Source: an uncultured Acidobacteriota bacterium (lineage in GTDB: Bacteria > Acidobacteriota > Vicinamibacteria > Vicinamibacterales > 2-12-FULL-66-21). From it: a stretch of 64,000 bases of DNA. The stretch covers positions 104,687 through 168,686 of the forward strand of contig CAWARA010000013.1 of the NCBI GenBank assembly GCA_963784195.1, read 5' to 3'. The position numbers were made by a program, and so were the translations under genes. Below the pieces are notes generated by a model. That model made no database searches. It was given only the letters and a program-made list of their open reading frames with translations, and was not told the DNA's origin. Shown here piece by piece: positions 17,803 to 27,075 of the stretch (the stretch's first letter is position 1; each line of letters starts with the position of its first letter).

Positions 17803-20436
17803 ATGTCCTGGTTCGAAGGCATCCGGCAGCGAATCAGCGAAGCATTTCGGCCCGGTCGCGCCGATCGCGACCTTCAGGACGAGCTGCGCGATCACCTCGA
17901 ACGCGAGATCGAACGTCAGCTCGCGGAGGGCGTTCCGATCGAGGACGCACGTCGGCGCGCCCTGGTGCGCGCCGGAGGTTTGCATCAGGTGCGCGAGGCC
18001 GTTCGCGACGAACGGCCGGGCCGTATCGTCGAGGATGCCATCAGCGATCTGCGGGTGGCCGTCCGGGCCGCTCGCCGCAATCCGGCGTTCACGCTCGCTG
18101 TCGTCGTGTCCCTGGCGCTCGGTGTCGGTGGCACGACGGCGGTCTTCAGCGTCGTGAACGCGGTGCTGCTGCGGCCGCTGCCGTACGTCCAGCCGGATCG
18201 CCTCTACATGATGCGAGTCTGGTGGAACGATTTCTCCTCGACCCTGTCGCCGGCAGACTTCGTTGCGCTCGAGGAGCAGGGAACCGACGTCGCCAGCGTC
18301 GCCGCATACTTCCCGCCCGAGGACGGGTTCGCGATGGGCACTGCGGAAGGTCCGCAGTTGATCGATGGATCGACGGTGACGGCGGGGCTCCCGGGTGTGC
18401 TCGGAATTTCTCCGATCGTGGGAGCAGGCTTCTCGTCGGTGCCGAATGCTCCCGAAGCGTTGATCGGTGAAACGCTGTGGCGGGAACGATATGGCGCGTC
18501 GCCCGACGCAATCGGCCAGCCGATCGTCCTCGACGGAGATTCGTACACCGTCGTCGGCGTCATGCCCGCCGGGTTCAACATTCCGGGACAACGCAACGGA
18601 CAAGCCTGGCTGAAGGCGCTGAGCCGTCAGCCGACTCGCCGCGGGCCTTTCTATTACATAACGGTCGTGCGCGTAAAGGAGGGGAACAGTCCGGACGCGG
18701 TCGCGGCAAAGCTGACGTCATCCGCGTCGGCATTCCTGCGCGAGCGCTTTGGCGTCGTACCGGACTGGCAGTACCGCCTGCGGCCTCTCCGTGACACGCT
18801 GGTCGGCGACATCCGTCAGTCGCTCCTGTTGCTGCTTGGCGCGATGGGGCTCGTGCTGACCATTGCGGTCGTCAACGTTGCGAATCTGTTTCTCGCACGC
18901 GGCTCGGCGAGAGCGAGGGAGATCGCCGTGCGCGCGTCGCTCGGTGCCGGACGCGGCCGTCTCGCTCGACATTTGCTGGCCGAATCGGCACTCCTCGGTG
19001 CCATTGGCGGCAGCGGGGGAATGGTGCTCGCCTACCTGCTGCTCAACCTGGCTGGTAAAGAAGCTGTTCGCGTGCTTCCGCGCGTGAACGAACTGCGCGC
19101 GGACACCGGGATGGCGCTCTTCGCGCTCGCGTGTGGCGTCGGCGCCGGCTTGATTGCCGGCATCGTCCCCGCGATCCGCGTTCCGTGGGGCAGGCTCGCG
19201 ACGTTTCTTCGCGAGGGCGATCGCAGCGCGAGCTCGGGCCCGGTACACGGCCGCGCGCGACAGGCACTGGTCATCGCCGAGATCGCGCTGACGGTGACCG
19301 TCCTGACCGGCGCGGTGCTCCTCGCCAAGAGCATGATGCGCCTCCAGGACGTCAACCCCGGATTCCGTGCGGACGGGTTGGCGTCTTTCCGGATCACGTT
19401 GCCCGAGAACCCGTACGACAACGACGAACGTCGCGCGGCTGTCATCGCGGCCCTCGAAGAACAGCTGCGCCGCGACGTCAATGCGTCATCTGTTGCGTTC
19501 GCGTTCTCGCTGCCGCCGCACCTGCTCGTCATGTCCAACAACTACACCGTCGAGGGCGCGGCCGTGGGCTCGGCAGGTGCGTCGGGCGTGGCTGAATGGA
19601 ACGTCGTTTCCGATCGCTACTTCTCCACGATGGGGATCCGGCTGATCGAGGGCCGGGACTTTGGATCCGTGGATCGCGCGGAGTCGCCGTCGGTCGCGGT
19701 CGTCAACGAATCTTTCGTCAGGCGTCACTATTCTGATGGCCGCGCAATCGGCAAGAGACTGAAGGGCGGCAACTGGGATCCATCGGATCCGTGGACGACC
19801 ATCGTCGGCGTTGTCGCGGACGTTCCATACGGGAAGGGATTGTGGGGCGGTGCCGACATGACGGTCTATCGACCGCACTCGCAAAATCGCTGGGTGCAGT
19901 CCACATACGTCATCCTCAAAGCGCCAGGCGACGCATCGCGCATCATGCCCGCGGTGCAGCAGTCGGTGAGGAAGATCGACCCGAATCTTCCGGTGCGTGA
20001 TTTCTCGATGATGAGCGAACGCATTCACACGTCCATGCTCGAGCCGCGCTTGCGCAGCGTTATCTTCACCATGATCGCCGCGCTGGCGCTGGCGCTGTCG
20101 ATCACCGGAATCTACGGTGTGATGGCATATCACGTCGCCCAGCGCCGCCGCGAAACCGCAATCCGCCGAGCCCTCGGCGCCCGCGTCGCCGACGTCGTCG
20201 GCCGCACGCTCGCAGCCGGCCTTCGCCTTACCGCCGCCGGCCTCGTCCTCGGGACCGTGGGCGCCCTGCTCCTGACGCGCAGCCTGTCGTCGATGTTGTT
20301 CCATGTCAGCCCGCACGATCCCGCAACGCTCGTCACGGTCGCGCTCGTTCTGGCAGGTGCGTCCGTGCTCGCCTGCTCGGTCCCCGCCCTGCGCTCGTCC
20401 CGCGTCGATCCCGCAAGCATCCTGCGCGACGAGTAA
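17803..20436 (+). CDS. ADOP-family duplicated FtsX/MacB-like permease
   Basis: 877-aa ORF. The N-terminal cytoplasmic helix region (MSWFEGIRQRISEAF...DLQDELRDHLE) is followed by two MacB_PCD/FtsX-type modules (TM, large periplasmic domain, 3 TM, twice). Confidence 0.9.
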   Translation: MSWFEGIRQRISEAFRPGRADRDLQDELRDHLEREIERQLAEGVPIEDARRRALVRAGGLHQVREAVRDERPGRIVEDAISDLRVAVRAARRNPAFTLAVVVSLALGVGGTTAVFSVVNAVLLRPLPYVQPDRLYMMRVWWNDFSSTLSPADFVALEEQGTDVASVAAYFPPEDGFAMGTAEGPQLIDGSTVTAGLPGVLGISPIVGAGFSSVPNAPEALIGETLWRERYGASPDAIGQPIVLDGDSYTVVGVMPAGFNIPGQRNGQAWLKALSRQPTRRGPFYYITVVRVKEGNSPDAVAAKLTSSASAFLRERFGVVPDWQYRLRPLRDTLVGDIRQSLLLLLGAMGLVLTIAVVNVANLFLARGSARAREIAVRASLGAGRGRLARHLLAESALLGAIGGSGGMVLAYLLLNLAGKEAVRVLPRVNELRADTGMALFALACGVGAGLIAGIVPAIRVPWGRLATFLREGDRSASSGPVHGRARQALVIAEIALTVTVLTGAVLLAKSMMRLQDVNPGFRADGLASFRITLPENPYDNDERRAAVIAALEEQLRRDVNASSVAFAFSLPPHLLVMSNNYTVEGAAVGSAGASGVAEWNVVSDRYFSTMGIRLIEGRDFGSVDRAESPSVAVVNESFVRRHYSDGRAIGKRLKGGNWDPSDPWTTIVGVVADVPYGKGLWGGADMTVYRPHSQNRWVQSTYVILKAPGDASRIMPAVQQSVRKIDPNLPVRDFSMMSERIHTSMLEPRLRSVIFTMIAALALALSITGIYGVMAYHVAQRRRETAIRRALGARVADVVGRTLAAGLRLTAAGLVLGTVGALLLTRSLSSMLFHVSPHDPATLVTVALVLAGASVLACSVPALRSSRVDPASILRDE

Positions 20437-20447
20437 GCCTCACGCCG

Positions 20448-20555
20448 GGATTCACGACGGTGTGAACGCGGGTTCATGACGCGGGTTCATACCGGGGTTC
20501 ACGACCGTCTTGAACCCTCGTCGTGAACCCTCGTCATGAACCCCCGCCCTGAACC
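20448..20555. repeat. Palindromic array of ~12-nt GGGTTCAYGAC units, family 3, copy 1
   Basis: gggattcacgac, ggtgtgaacgc, gggttcatgac, gcgggttcatac and cggggttcacgac are followed by the inverted units cgtcttgaaccc, tcgtcgtgaaccc, tcgtcatgaaccc and ccgccctgaacc. The array starts 12 nt after the permease stop. Confidence 0.8.
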
Positions 20556-20618
20556 TCCGTCGGGCGTGTATAATTCGTCCCACCGCTCGGCCCTCGTTCC
20601 TGAAATCTGGAGGTCACG

Positions 20619-22658
20619 ATGAGGCATGCACTTATCAGTATTGGCGTCCTTGGGGCGCTCATGCTGCCCGCCACTCCCACCGTTGCGCAGACGCGCGAGG
20701 GCAAGAAGCTGCAACTGGAGCAGTTCTTCGACATCGAAAGCGTCTCGAATCCCCGCATCTCACCGGACGGGACGCAGATCGTGTACACGCGGGGCTGGGT
20801 GGACAAGGTCAACGATCGGCGCAGCTCTGGGCTCTGGATCATGAATGCGGATGGCACGAAGCCGCGATTCCTGACCAACGGATCGAATGCGATCTGGTCG
20901 CCAGACGGCACGCGGATCGCGTTCACCCGTGATGGCGAGCCAAATGGGTCACAGATCTGGGTGCGGTGGATGGACGCGGAAGGCGCCACGACGCAGATCA
21001 CCCATATCGCGCAGAACCCATCGAACCTGGTGTGGACGCCGGACAGCAAGTCGATCGCCTTCACCATGCTGGTGCCGAAGCGCGACACCTGGCAGATTCG
21101 GATGCCCACGCGACCCGAAGGCGCGAAGTGGACCGAAGCGCCGCGCATCGTCGAGAGTCTGACCTATCGCGCCGACCGTCAGGGCTTCATCGAGCAGGGG
21201 CTGAACCAGATCTTCATCGTTCCCGCTGAGGGCGGCACCGAGCGGCAGATCACCGACGGCCAGTTCGAATATGGTGGCGAGTTCGGCTTCACCAAGGATG
21301 GGCAGGAGATCATCCTTTCGGCCGGACGCGGCAAGGACTGGGAGCGCGAGTACCGCCAGTCCGAGGTCTACGCGCTGAACGTTGCCACCGGCAACTTCCG
21401 TCAGCTCACCACCCGTAGCGGACCGGACACCAGCCCGGTGCTCTCGCCGGACGGCCGGTCTGTCGCGTATCTGGGTTATGACTGGACGACGGACACCTAC
21501 ATCGACAACGAGCTGTACATCGTCGGCATCGACGGCACCGGATCGAAGCAGCTGACGGCGAAGTTCGATCGATCGCCGGACAACCTGACGTGGGCGCCGG
21601 ATTCCAAGGGCATCTATTTCAGTTCCGACGACAGCGGATCGCGCAATATTCACTTCGCGTCGCTCGATGGCACGATTACTCAGGTCACCAAGGGCGTGCA
21701 CCTGATCTCGCTGAGCGACGTCAATCGCAGCGGTCAGGCAGTCGGGACGCTCACGAGCTTCTACAAGCCGGGTGACGTCATCTCGCTCTCGCTGTCGAAT
21801 CCCTCGAGCCTGAAGCAGCTCACCAACGTGAACGACGATGTACTGGGCCAGGTGAAGCTCGGGGAAGTCGAAGAGATTTGGTACACCTCGCTCGACAACT
21901 ACAAGATTCAGGGCTGGATCATCAAGCCGCCCGATTTCGATCCGAAGAAGAAGTACCCGATGATGCTCTCCATCCACGGAGGGCCGCACGCGATGTACGG
22001 CGTCGGCTTCAACTACGCGTGGCAGGAACACGCGGCAAATGGGTACGTGATTCTCTACACGAACCCGCGCGGGTCGACGGGCTATGGCAGCGCCTTCGGC
22101 AACGCCATCAAGTACGCCTATCCGTCCAAGGACTTCGACGACCTGATGAAAGGCGTCGACGCGGTCCTCGCCAAGGGCTATGTCGACGAGCGCAACATGT
22201 TCGTCTACGGCTGCTCGGGTGGCGGTGTGCTCACGGCCTGGACGGTCGGACACACGGATCGCTTCGCCGCTGCGGCGTCGCAGTGTCCGGTCATCAACTG
22301 GATTTCATTCGTCGGCAACGTCGATGGCAACCCCCTTCGCTGGTACGACGACTTCGAGAAGTTCCCGTGGGAGGATCCGAGCGAGCACCTGCGCCGCTCG
22401 CCGCTCATGTACGTCGGCAAGGTCAAGACGCCGACGATGCTGATGACCGGCGTGCTGGACATGCGGACGCCGATCAGCCAGACGGAGGAGTTCTACCAGG
22501 CGCTCAAGGCCGTCGGGGTGCCCACGGCCATGCTGCGGTTCAACGGCGAGTACCACGGCACGTCGTCGAAGCCGTCGAACTTCCTGCGCACCCAGCTCTA
22601 CCTGCGGTACTGGTTCGAGAAGTACTCGAGAAAGGGTGAGCCGACACAGCCGCAGTAG
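20619..22658 (+). CDS. S9-family serine peptidase (prolyl oligopeptidase / acylaminoacyl peptidase-like) with N-terminal TolB-like propeller
   Basis: 679-aa ORF with a signal peptide. Repeated SPDG propeller motifs are present. The C-terminal hydrolase domain has the GCSGGG nucleophile elbow (GxSxGG). Confidence 0.9.
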   Translation: MRHALISIGVLGALMLPATPTVAQTREGKKLQLEQFFDIESVSNPRISPDGTQIVYTRGWVDKVNDRRSSGLWIMNADGTKPRFLTNGSNAIWSPDGTRIAFTRDGEPNGSQIWVRWMDAEGATTQITHIAQNPSNLVWTPDSKSIAFTMLVPKRDTWQIRMPTRPEGAKWTEAPRIVESLTYRADRQGFIEQGLNQIFIVPAEGGTERQITDGQFEYGGEFGFTKDGQEIILSAGRGKDWEREYRQSEVYALNVATGNFRQLTTRSGPDTSPVLSPDGRSVAYLGYDWTTDTYIDNELYIVGIDGTGSKQLTAKFDRSPDNLTWAPDSKGIYFSSDDSGSRNIHFASLDGTITQVTKGVHLISLSDVNRSGQAVGTLTSFYKPGDVISLSLSNPSSLKQLTNVNDDVLGQVKLGEVEEIWYTSLDNYKIQGWIIKPPDFDPKKKYPMMLSIHGGPHAMYGVGFNYAWQEHAANGYVILYTNPRGSTGYGSAFGNAIKYAYPSKDFDDLMKGVDAVLAKGYVDERNMFVYGCSGGGVLTAWTVGHTDRFAAAASQCPVINWISFVGNVDGNPLRWYDDFEKFPWEDPSEHLRRSPLMYVGKVKTPTMLMTGVLDMRTPISQTEEFYQALKAVGVPTAMLRFNGEYHGTSSKPSNFLRTQLYLRYWFEKYSRKGEPTQPQ

Positions 22659-22674
22659 CGGACGTCAGAAGCCT

Positions 22675-22707
22675 CCGGGCGCACACTGAACGGCGGTGTG
22701 CGCCCGG
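22675..22707 (+). terminator. Stem-loop after the S9 peptidase gene (no U-tract)
   Basis: ccgggcgcacac / tgaacggcg / gtgtgcgcccgg forms a 12-bp perfect stem 17 nt after the stop. It lacks a T-run, so intrinsic-terminator function is uncertain. Confidence 0.4.
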
Positions 22708-22867
22708 CGTTCCCCCCACAGCTCCGCCTCATCCATCCCTTAGCTGGACCGCGTCCGGCATCACCCTCCTCCGAACGCAACTCTCGGGATCCTGGTGGCG
22801 ATGAAACGACGCCAATCTGTTGCAGATTTGCTATTATCCGGGACGAATTCGCCGATTGGAGGACGAA

Positions 22868-25756
22868 ATGAGCATTCGCTTGATGTGCGTATCGCTCGCC
22901 TTGCTGCTGGGGCTCTCCGGCAGTGCGAGCGCGCAGCTTCAGAGTGGGAACATTTCGGGCACTGTGAGAGACGAACAGGGCGCCGTGCTGCCTGGGGCAG
23001 TGGTCACGCTGGAGGGCACAGGCCCCGTCATCACTTTCACCACGCTGACGGATGGTCAGTATCGGTTCCTGAATCTTCCGCCTGGCAGCTACAAGCTCAC
23101 CGTCGCGCTCAACGGATTCAGCACGGTGATTCGCGAACAGGTCGTCGTGCAGGTCGGTCAGAACGTGGACATCCCGATTGCGATGAAGGTTGCAGCGGTG
23201 GAGGAGTCCGTCACCGTCAGCGGCCAGTCGCCGGTGGTCGACATGAAGCAGATGGGCACGGCCACGAACTTCAGCGCGGACGAGCTGTCACGTGTGCCGA
23301 ACTCGCGCGATCCCTGGGCGCTGCTCCGCACCGTGCCCGGCGTGTCGCTGGACCGCGTGAACATCGCGGGCAACGAGACCGGCCAACAGTCGTCGTTCGT
23401 GTCGAAGGGCGGGCGTCAGGGAGACGCCGTGTGGACGATGGACGGAATTCCCATTACCGACATGGCGACCAATGGCGCGTCGCCGACCTACTTCGACTAC
23501 GACGCGTTCGACGAGATCCAAATCTCCACGAGCGGCAACGACATCCGCCAGGCCACCGGCGGCGTGGGGCTGAACTTCGTCGTGAAGCGCGGGACGAACC
23601 GCATGCGGGGCACGGCGCGAGGCTACTTCACCGACGAATCGCTCGAGGCGACGAACCTGCCTGACGAGCTGATCGCGCGCGGAATCACCCCCGAGACCGC
23701 CGACCACAACCAGCAGATCTCGGAGTTCGGGATCGACATCGGCGGGCCGATCGTGCGCGAGAGGCTGTTCTATTGGGCTTCGTATGCCAACCAGGACATC
23801 CGGCTGTTCCGGCAGTCTGCCAAGGGTATCGACCGCACGATCCTCAAGACCTACAACGCCAAGGTCAACTGGCAGGCCACCCGGGACGACATGATCAACT
23901 TCCTGTTCTTCAACGGCGACAAGATCAAGAACGGCCGCGCGCCCGGGAACGCGAGCTTCGAGCCAAGCTCGGCGCGGTACAACCAGGGCAACTACTACAC
24001 CGACACCCCCTTGCACGGGCTGTGGAAAATCGAAGACAACCGGATGTTCGGGCCCAATCTGTTCGTGACTGGCAAGTACGCGTACTACAACACGGGCTTC
24101 ACGCTGGAATCGATCGGGAGCCTGGATGAACAGATGGGGATCAGCGCCCTGCAGGGCCAGACGTTCGGATCGACCAACGCGCAGTATTTCCTGCGGCCGC
24201 AGCACACGGTCAACGTCGACGCGAACCACTTCCGGACGTTTGGATCGCAGCGGCACAACTTCAAGTTCGGCATGGGCTGGCGTCGCACGGACGCGTACGC
24301 GCGGACGATCTACCCCGGCAACAACATCGTGGCGTACGAGAACTCAGCGACGAACTTCCGCGCGAGAGTCTATCGTGAGGGCGTAGGCACGAACCGCTCG
24401 CTCTATCTCAACTTCTATGTCGGCGATACGATCAGCGTGGGCCGCGCGACGTTCGATGTCGGGCTCCGTTACGATCGTCAATGGGGCTACGCGCTGGCCA
24501 GCAGCACGCAGGCCAACGAGGCTTTCCCGAACCTTGTACCAGGCATCACCTTCACCGGCTACGATGCGCCGTTCCACTGGAACAACCTGACGCCTCGCGT
24601 GGGCGTGACCTACGCGCTCGACGAGAGCCACAAGACAATTCTCCGCGCCAGCTTCAGTCGCAACGCGGGGCAGCTCTCGGGGATCAACGGCAACATCGGG
24701 CACGCGAACCCCAGCTCGAACGCGGGATGGGCGGAATATCCGTGGACTGACCTCAACGGCGATCATCTCGCCCAGACGAACGAGGTCAACACCGCCGCCG
24801 CCATCCTGGCGTCCGGGAATGGCTTCAACACGGCGAACCCGGCGGGGGTCACCTCTGCCAACCTGATCGATCCGGACTTCAGGGCACCAGTCGGCACCGG
24901 CGTGGTCCTCGGTTTCGACCGGGAGCTCATGCCCAACCTGGCGGTGCAGGTGAACTACACGTACGGCCGGACAACCGATCACCCGTACACGCCGTTCATC
25001 GGGTTGACGGCGGCCGACTATGCGCCCGGAACGCCGCTCGTCGGGACGCTCCCCGACGGCAGCACGTTCAACGTCCCGACCTACATCCCCAATGCCGACA
25101 AGGTCGCGGCGGTCGGCGGCGGCCGGTTGCTCACCAACTGGCCCGACTACTACACGTACTTCCACGGGATCGAGTTCTCGGTCAACAAGCGGATGTCGGA
25201 CCGCTGGATGATGCGGCTCGGTGCCTCCTTCAGCAATCCGCGGGAGCACTATGGGCAGGATCCGCCGGTCACCGACAACGGGCAGCCGACGCGGTCGGAC
25301 ACCTTCCCGCTCATCTCGGGTGGACAGTATGCGCCGCGGAGCGCCGGCAGCGGCTCCGGCGACGTGTTCGTGAATCAGCGCTGGAACTTCAACCTGAACG
25401 GCGCCTACCAGCTCCCATGGGACATGCAAGCGGCGGGGAACCTGTTTGCCAAGCAAGGTACGCCCTTCCCGATTTTCCGGAACGCTTCCCTCGGCCGCGA
25501 TGGGACCGTCCGGACGCTGGTCTCACCGGAGCTGGATTCGACCCGGTTCGACAACCTCTGGAACCTCGACCTGCGCTTTTCCAAGGATTTCAGGTTCGGG
25601 CGCGGGTCCTTCCAGATCATCGCGGACCTGTTCAACGTGTTGAACGCCAACACGGAGATCACCCGCGAGCGGAACATCGACGCGACCAACTTCCAGTTCC
25701 TGTCGTCGAACCTGAGCCCGCGAGTACTGCGGTTCGGCGCGCGCTTGAACTTCTAG
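22868..25756 (+). CDS. Carboxypeptidase-regulatory-like domain / TonB-dependent receptor-like outer-membrane protein
   Basis: GGAGGA RBS before ATG 22868 and signal peptide MSIRLMCVSLALLLGLSGSASAQ. The N-terminal CarboxypepD_reg pattern is GTVRDEQGAVLPGAVVTLEG...YRFLNLPPGSYKL. A long beta-barrel-like body ends ..LRFGARLNF (terminal aromatic). Confidence 0.9.
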   Translation: MSIRLMCVSLALLLGLSGSASAQLQSGNISGTVRDEQGAVLPGAVVTLEGTGPVITFTTLTDGQYRFLNLPPGSYKLTVALNGFSTVIREQVVVQVGQNVDIPIAMKVAAVEESVTVSGQSPVVDMKQMGTATNFSADELSRVPNSRDPWALLRTVPGVSLDRVNIAGNETGQQSSFVSKGGRQGDAVWTMDGIPITDMATNGASPTYFDYDAFDEIQISTSGNDIRQATGGVGLNFVVKRGTNRMRGTARGYFTDESLEATNLPDELIARGITPETADHNQQISEFGIDIGGPIVRERLFYWASYANQDIRLFRQSAKGIDRTILKTYNAKVNWQATRDDMINFLFFNGDKIKNGRAPGNASFEPSSARYNQGNYYTDTPLHGLWKIEDNRMFGPNLFVTGKYAYYNTGFTLESIGSLDEQMGISALQGQTFGSTNAQYFLRPQHTVNVDANHFRTFGSQRHNFKFGMGWRRTDAYARTIYPGNNIVAYENSATNFRARVYREGVGTNRSLYLNFYVGDTISVGRATFDVGLRYDRQWGYALASSTQANEAFPNLVPGITFTGYDAPFHWNNLTPRVGVTYALDESHKTILRASFSRNAGQLSGINGNIGHANPSSNAGWAEYPWTDLNGDHLAQTNEVNTAAAILASGNGFNTANPAGVTSANLIDPDFRAPVGTGVVLGFDRELMPNLAVQVNYTYGRTTDHPYTPFIGLTAADYAPGTPLVGTLPDGSTFNVPTYIPNADKVAAVGGGRLLTNWPDYYTYFHGIEFSVNKRMSDRWMMRLGASFSNPREHYGQDPPVTDNGQPTRSDTFPLISGGQYAPRSAGSGSGDVFVNQRWNFNLNGAYQLPWDMQAAGNLFAKQGTPFPIFRNASLGRDGTVRTLVSPELDSTRFDNLWNLDLRFSKDFRFGRGSFQIIADLFNVLNANTEITRERNIDATNFQFLSSNLSPRVLRFGARLNF

Positions 25757-25810
25757 CGAGGCGGCGTCGAGAAGGGCGGTCTTTCCGACTGCCCTGTGTC
25801 GTGATGAGTG

Positions 25811-25841
25811 CGGCCGGTCAGAAATGACCGGCCGTTTTTTT
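25811..25841 (+). terminator. Rho-independent terminator
   Basis: cggccggtca / gaaa / tgaccggccg forms a 10-bp stem followed by ttttttt, 55 nt after the stop at 25756. Confidence 0.75.
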
Positions 25842-25851
25842 GGGCGCCGCG

Positions 25852-26615
25852 CTACTTCGTCACCGTGATCCGGAATGGCATCGTGTAGTAGCCCTCGTTG
25901 ACTTTCACGACCTTGCCGTTCGTGGTGGGAACCGAGACGAGTTCGGCGATATCCGAGTCACCGGCTTCGATGACCCACTGGTTGGTTGCGGTTCGCGTGA
26001 CAGTGAGATGAGGTTGAGCCAGGATGCAGGTCCTGGATCGAAGCGAACAGTCCACAGGAGAGTCGCGCCCCGAGGGATCGGCGAAGTTCAGGAACATACG
26101 CGCAGGTGTCGACTGACCGACAGGAATACTCGCGAACCCGTTCGGAAGATCGGTGCCCATCGCGTCGACTGGATACGTGCGCGGCCCGTGCGGTGTTTCG
26201 TCCGAAATGACCGTGGGGAAATTCTTGCGACAATTCCCGGCCCCAACACATGGGGCGATGCCGTTCGGGCGCGTTAAAATCGAGCGAGATCGTGCGTCCG
26301 AGACCTGATTTGAGCACGAACAAGAACAGGTTCCCCTCCGTCAAGTAGCCGCCCATGTTGGCAGCCTGACCCTCCTGGGTAGTGGCGCTGCCCGCAGGCG
26401 TCGTGCCGCGGTACGGGCCGAAGATATCGCCTTCGATTTGATCGGGGGTGAAGCAGTCGGCACCGAGAGGGACAGCGGAATTCCGCCGTGACCGGAAACA
26501 GCGTGTTTCCCCCGCCCCCGCCTCCCGGTTTCCCGCCTTTCTGGGCGTGAATCGAACTAACAAGAACGATAGCCAGTAGGGAAGACGCGAGCGCAAACCG
26601 GTGCGAACCAAGCAT
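25852..26615 (-). pseudogene. Secreted hypothetical protein read in three frames (two frame changes)
   Basis: The signal peptide MLGSHRFALASSLLAIVLVSSIHAQKGGKPGGGGGGNTLFPVTAEF is in one frame. AVPLGADCFTPDQIEGDIFGPYRG...ISLDFNAP is in a second. NGIAPCVGAGNCRKNFPTVISDETPHGPRTYPVDAMGTDLPNG...YYTMPFRITVTK is in a third. The first change lies in or next to a C/G homopolymer-rich run (26470-26530) and the second near 26255-26270. Confidence 0.6.
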
Positions 26616-26777
26616 TGATGACTCCTGACGTGTTTATAATGGGCTAATGGCGCAGTCCATCACGAAGACCGTGCCCTCCTAGAGGATGACGCGAGGATCT
26701 CAGGGAGACTTGCTCACCGCTAAGTGGAGGGGGGCGTGGACTGAGCCCTTGACTGGTGGCGCCCGTAGCAGCAGGCT

Positions 26778-27075
26778 GTGGGCGGGCATGGGACCGAGTT
26801 GAGGGCGCCGGACGTGACGACACTGCTGCACGCCTGGAGCGCCGGAGACACCGGGGGCGCGCGACCTGCTTGTAGCGCTGGTCTACCAGGACCTCCACGG
26901 GCGCGCGGCGGCGTACCTACGTCGGGAGCGGCGCGACCACACGCTGCAGCCGACCGCCCTTGTGCACGAAGCCTACCTTCGACTGATCGATATCTCCGTG
27001 GCAACCGCTGAGCGCGACTGGCAGGCCGCGCGCGCACGGCTTTACGCGGCCTTGAAGGGTGAGCGACCCCGATGA
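26778..27075 (+). pseudogene. ECF sigma factor remnant (module 1): frameshift plus ~293-bp internal deletion
   Basis: ..APDVTTLLHAWSAGD runs in one frame. After a shift at the G-run near 26848 it continues DLLVALVYQDLHGRAAAYLRRERRDHTLQPTALVHEAYLRLID and joins directly to ISVATAERDWQAARARLYAALKGERPR*. The region present in module 2 (30879-31171: rest of sigma-2, linker, most of sigma-4) is missing. Confidence 0.75.

Noticed and set aside
22659-22867. Riboswitch (e.g. cobalamin) upstream of the TonB-dependent-receptor-like gene
   Set aside because: I could not recognise a B12-box or other conserved riboswitch core by eye here, nor upstream of the other two receptor genes. A covariance-model scan (Rfam/Infernal) would be needed to exclude one.
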